Assembly: GCA_964635955.1 (NCBI GenBank)
Contig: CAZWQW010000016.1
Coordinates: forward strand, 1 to 43,786
Origin: an uncultured bacterium
GTDB taxonomy: Bacteria; Latescibacterota; MWCZ01
Direction of reading: 5' to 3'
Length of the DNA: 43,786 nucleotides
Shown: positions 40,948 to 43,786 of the stretch, in pieces
How positions within the stretch are numbered: the stretch's first letter is position 1
Layout of the letters: the number at the start of each line of letters is the position of its first letter
Made by a program: the position numbers and the translations under genes
The notes under the pieces: model-generated
Told to the model about the DNA's origin: nothing
Database searches by the model: none
Seen by the model: the letters and a program-made list of their open reading frames with translations, nothing else

Positions 40948-43001
40948 GGCGTCGCATGTGGATGATCGCGGGTCGTTCCCGGGTCGCCGCCCGCTTCCGT
41001 CTCCGTGCCCCAAAGGCCCCAAAAGGCGGACCAGTCTTTTTCTATTTCGCGGCGTTTTTGGAGCTTGCGTTTTTTGTTCAGGATTTCAAAAAATCGTTCA
41101 TAAGCGAAGTACAAGGCGGCCCAATTCATTTTTACCACGTCGAGGACCTCGTTTCGGCGCTGTTTCGCGTTCGTGACAACCGCTTTTGTCCTGCCGTACT
41201 TGTCGGTTTCGATGACTATTTCCTCGGCGAGCAGTTGTTTATACCATTCGAGGCCGAAGGTTTTCGGGAAATGCGTGTACCCCATCGGAAGCGCCGCCTC
41301 GGTGGTTGGCGCTTCGCGGTTGAGGTAGGAATAGATCGTCCGCTTCAAAAGCTGGTCGTTGATGTGGATCAAAGGCGTTTCTATGTCGTTAGGGTGGGCT
41401 GTCCACACTTCGCGGAGGTTTTCTTTACCGATGCAGGGATACACGCCGTCGACGACCTGGTGAGAATAATAAAATTGCTCACAAAAATGGTTTACCTGGT
41501 CCTGCAAATACCCGGCGTCGATCATGGAAACCGTGGGCGAACCGATGATGTAGCCGTCGCATCGGACGTATTGTTTGGTGATTTTCTCCTCAAGCGCTTT
41601 CCAACATGGGGCATTGCGGTCTTCAGTCGTGCCCTCGAATACCCAATAATCTAGCATCCAATTTTCCTTGTCTTTTCCCCAGCCGACGATCCCCGCCTCG
41701 ATGCGGTCGGCTTGGATGTCGGCCGCGAGGGTGATGCGGAGGACGCCTTTCGGGACGTGCCCACACTCCCAGGGCTCCGCGCGTTCCATGAGAAAATGTG
41801 GTTTCGGGGTTTTTAGTTTTTGCTCGAACGTTTCACCCCAAGTGTCATTGACGAAATCGGGAAATTTCACCGGGTCCTCCTTTACCTGATACCACTTGAT
41901 CGCAATATCAAGCCATGTGCGAAACGGGGAATAAAGTGCGTTTATTTTATACGACCGCATGTTCGGCTGTTCGGGTTTTTTTGTAGGGATCCATTCGGCG
42001 TAGACGTGGCGGCCGTCGGGCAGGTCCATGCCGCCCGCTTTCGCGTCGCGGAGGAAAAAATATTTGTCGGATTCTTTCCAATGGGCTTTACATGCGGCGC
42101 ATTCGTAATACACCGGGTCTTTGACGATTTTTCCGTCATCGTCGATTTCAATATCGATTGAACCGTCTTCTTTTTTATCCCATTTCAGGCCGGACCAGAC
42201 GAGCGGCTGTTTATGGCCGCACGCGGGACAGGGGACGTGGTAGAGGCGCACATCGCCTTTATCGACGGACGGTTCGATTTGGGATGTGATTTTTTCTTTC
42301 GGCGTGGAGTTTTCGTAATCTTTTCGGTAGGGGCCGAAGGAGTCAAGGCGGCGGTCTATTTTTTCTATCGGGTTTCCCTTTCCCTTGAGGAGTTGGGGAA
42401 AAACGTCCGTTTCCTCTTTGATCGCGATACGGATCGGTGAGGACCGGAGTTTACTTTCCGAGTTCGGCCCCACGGCGCGGAAGGCGGTCCCTCCGTAGCT
42501 TTTCGATTCCCGCCGGTCGCCCGTGGTTTTGTCGTGGGCCTTTTTGACGACGGCTTTGATTTTGTCCTGTAACCCGGAGGCGGCAAGGATGGTATCGAGG
42601 CGCTTTTCAAACGTTTCCTCCGCCATTAATGCGTCGCCGTTGGCGTAAATGCCGGGGCCGATGCCGTAATCGACACAGTAGCAAATAAGCGCAAGGGCGA
42701 CGATGGTAAAGCCGAGCTGGTTGGTTTTCATGACGGCGGTTTTGATGATTTCGGAATTAAAAGAGAGATTCGAGGCGATTTCCCGGAGATAGGGGGTTTT
42801 TCGGAAACTGAACAAACCCGGCATGTTACTTTCGCCTTTCGGAAGGACGAATTTGCGTTCCATCCAATCGGCGAGGTCTTCTTCTACGTGTTTCGTGGGC
42901 ATAGATTGAATGAGCTCGATCGCCCAATCGATCATTTCGTTAAAACTCTCAACAGGGATATTCAGTTTGAATTCTTTTTTCGGTTTTACGGAGGTTGTCA
43001 T
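40944..43001 (-). CDS. terminase large subunit (lambda gpA family)
   Basis: 685 aa. Includes YHVPCPACGHKQPLVW (the gpA-type zinc motif), and the size and position fit gpA. Confidence 0.85.
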   Translation of the reverse strand: MTTSVKPKKEFKLNIPVESFNEMIDWAIELIQSMPTKHVEEDLADWMERKFVLPKGESNMPGLFSFRKTPYLREIASNLSFNSEIIKTAVMKTNQLGFTIVALALICYCVDYGIGPGIYANGDALMAEETFEKRLDTILAASGLQDKIKAVVKKAHDKTTGDRRESKSYGGTAFRAVGPNSESKLRSSPIRIAIKEETDVFPQLLKGKGNPIEKIDRRLDSFGPYRKDYENSTPKEKITSQIEPSVDKGDVRLYHVPCPACGHKQPLVWSGLKWDKKEDGSIDIEIDDDGKIVKDPVYYECAACKAHWKESDKYFFLRDAKAGGMDLPDGRHVYAEWIPTKKPEQPNMRSYKINALYSPFRTWLDIAIKWYQVKEDPVKFPDFVNDTWGETFEQKLKTPKPHFLMERAEPWECGHVPKGVLRITLAADIQADRIEAGIVGWGKDKENWMLDYWVFEGTTEDRNAPCWKALEEKITKQYVRCDGYIIGSPTVSMIDAGYLQDQVNHFCEQFYYSHQVVDGVYPCIGKENLREVWTAHPNDIETPLIHINDQLLKRTIYSYLNREAPTTEAALPMGYTHFPKTFGLEWYKQLLAEEIVIETDKYGRTKAVVTNAKQRRNEVLDVVKMNWAALYFAYERFFEILNKKRKLQKRREIEKDWSAFWGLWGTETEAGGDPGTTRDHPHATP

Positions 43002-43678
43002 TTTATGCGCTTTTTCGCTTCTTCCGCTTCGGCCGCCATGCGTTTGACGTTTTGTAAGCGGTTTTGGTTACGGTGGGAAAGGATTTCCGTCACGATGCTT
43101 TCTTTTCCAGGTACGCCGAGGGCTTTGCAGATTTCAAGAGCGTCGGCCTTGGGGGATTCGGCGAATTCGGTAAAAATGTATTGAGATAAACCCATAAAAA
43201 CCGACTCGAATATTTTACGGTCGATCACCGCGCCAAGTTTTTCGGCCTTGGCGATTTCGAGCATGTCGCCTTGGAGCTTGTGCTTCCGGGCGACGAAGGC
43301 CGGAGTGCGGATGGCGAGGCTTAAATCGTCGTCCGCCTCTTCTTCGTTTTCGTCGTCCCCCGATGCCGCGAGGAGGTCCCGCGTTGCGGCGTCGAGGCCG
43401 TCGATTTCACGTCCTACATCCCTCGGCGCCGGCGGACTTTTCCGGGCTGCTGCCGGGCGGCGCTTTCCCTCGGTCGGCCTACGTGTAGCCGCCATCGGGC
43501 CGGGGTGGGGCGCCCCGGAGCGGTGTAGTTCCAAGTATGCGCGGTTTTTGGGGTGGCTGAGGTCTATCGTGCCGTTTGGCTCGCAAACAATCGTTTGCTT
43601 TTCGTCCGTCGCTGCTTTTGTGACGGCCGCCCGTGAGACACCGCATTGACGGGCGAATTCTGCCTTGCTGATGCCCAT
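42998..43678 (-). CDS. terminase small subunit / HTH DNA-binding protein (Nu1-like)
   Basis: MGISKAEFARQCGVSRAAVTKA is an N-terminal HTH motif. ATG 43678 lies 6 nt after TGGTATGCT. The track alternative is TTG 43717, which would lie upstream of the predicted -35. Confidence 0.6.
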   Translation of the reverse strand: MGISKAEFARQCGVSRAAVTKAATDEKQTIVCEPNGTIDLSHPKNRAYLELHRSGAPHPGPMAATRRPTEGKRRPAAARKSPPAPRDVGREIDGLDAATRDLLAASGDDENEEEADDDLSLAIRTPAFVARKHKLQGDMLEIAKAEKLGAVIDRKIFESVFMGLSQYIFTEFAESPKADALEICKALGVPGKESIVTEILSHRNQNRLQNVKRMAAEAEEAKKRIK

Positions 43679-43714
43679 GGATTCAGCATACCACGCATGG
43701 ACAGCTTTTGTTAA
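43679..43714 (-). promoter_or_regulatory. extended -10 promoter abutting the small-terminase start (leaderless arrangement)
   Basis: TTAACA (43714-43709), 18 nt, TGG-TATGCT (43693-43685), 6 nt, ATG 43678. Confidence 0.5.
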
Positions 43715-43730
43715 CAACGTTAACAGGTCG

Positions 43731-43747
43731 GCCGTTAAGTTAACGGC
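43731..43747. promoter_or_regulatory. 17-bp perfect palindrome GCCGTTAAgTTAACGGC, with three GTTAAC copies nearby
   Basis: GTTAAC occurs at 43710-43715, 43719-43724 and 43739-43744. The site lies upstream of the terminase operon and near the window end. It could be an operator or a cosB-like binding site. Confidence 0.4.
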
Positions 43748-43786
43748 GGAAAGGTCACCCTAAAAAGTTTGGGCGGCGAAACTACC

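Overview
The window looks like a near genome-length, GC-rich tailed phage or prophage. Plus-strand early genes occupy about 1-17.4 kb. They include a disrupted C5 methyltransferase carrying an HNH insertion, SSB, an AT-rich island of small genes with sigma70-type promoters, RHH/HTH regulators, 3 tRNAs, a lytic transglycosylase, a ParB-like gene, VRR-NUC, a second methyltransferase, an SF2 helicase and a YqaJ-exonuclease/RecT pair. A bidirectional terminator at about 17.41-17.44 kb separates them from the minus-strand late genes (17.47-43.7 kb). These comprise a Mu/P2-like contractile tail and baseplate, a lambda-like head module (gpA-type terminase, gpW-like, portal, ClpP-type protease, decoration protein, capsid), and a lysis plus nucleotide-enzyme cassette inserted between portal and protease. 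I recognised no integrase, DNA polymerase or primase. The most unusual feature is the locus 7954-10036. Three arrays with an exact 18-bp phase (9-nt conserved core plus 9-nt variable segment, cores alternating GAGCGAGCC and GAGNAACCC, 33 units) fill both intergenic regions around a ParB-like gene and an IS110-type C-terminal-domain-only gene. One array also runs in frame through the ParB-like ORF. Other notable items are the HNH cassette flanked by a 9-nt direct repeat inside the methylase, a candidate small RNA, duplicated promoter-operator cassettes, conserved extended -10 promoters placed 6 nt from start codons (leaderless late genes), a canonical -1 frameshift site in the tail chaperone, and several frame breaks at homopolymer runs that may be sequence-quality artefacts. 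All family assignments come from motif recognition by eye; no database search was run.
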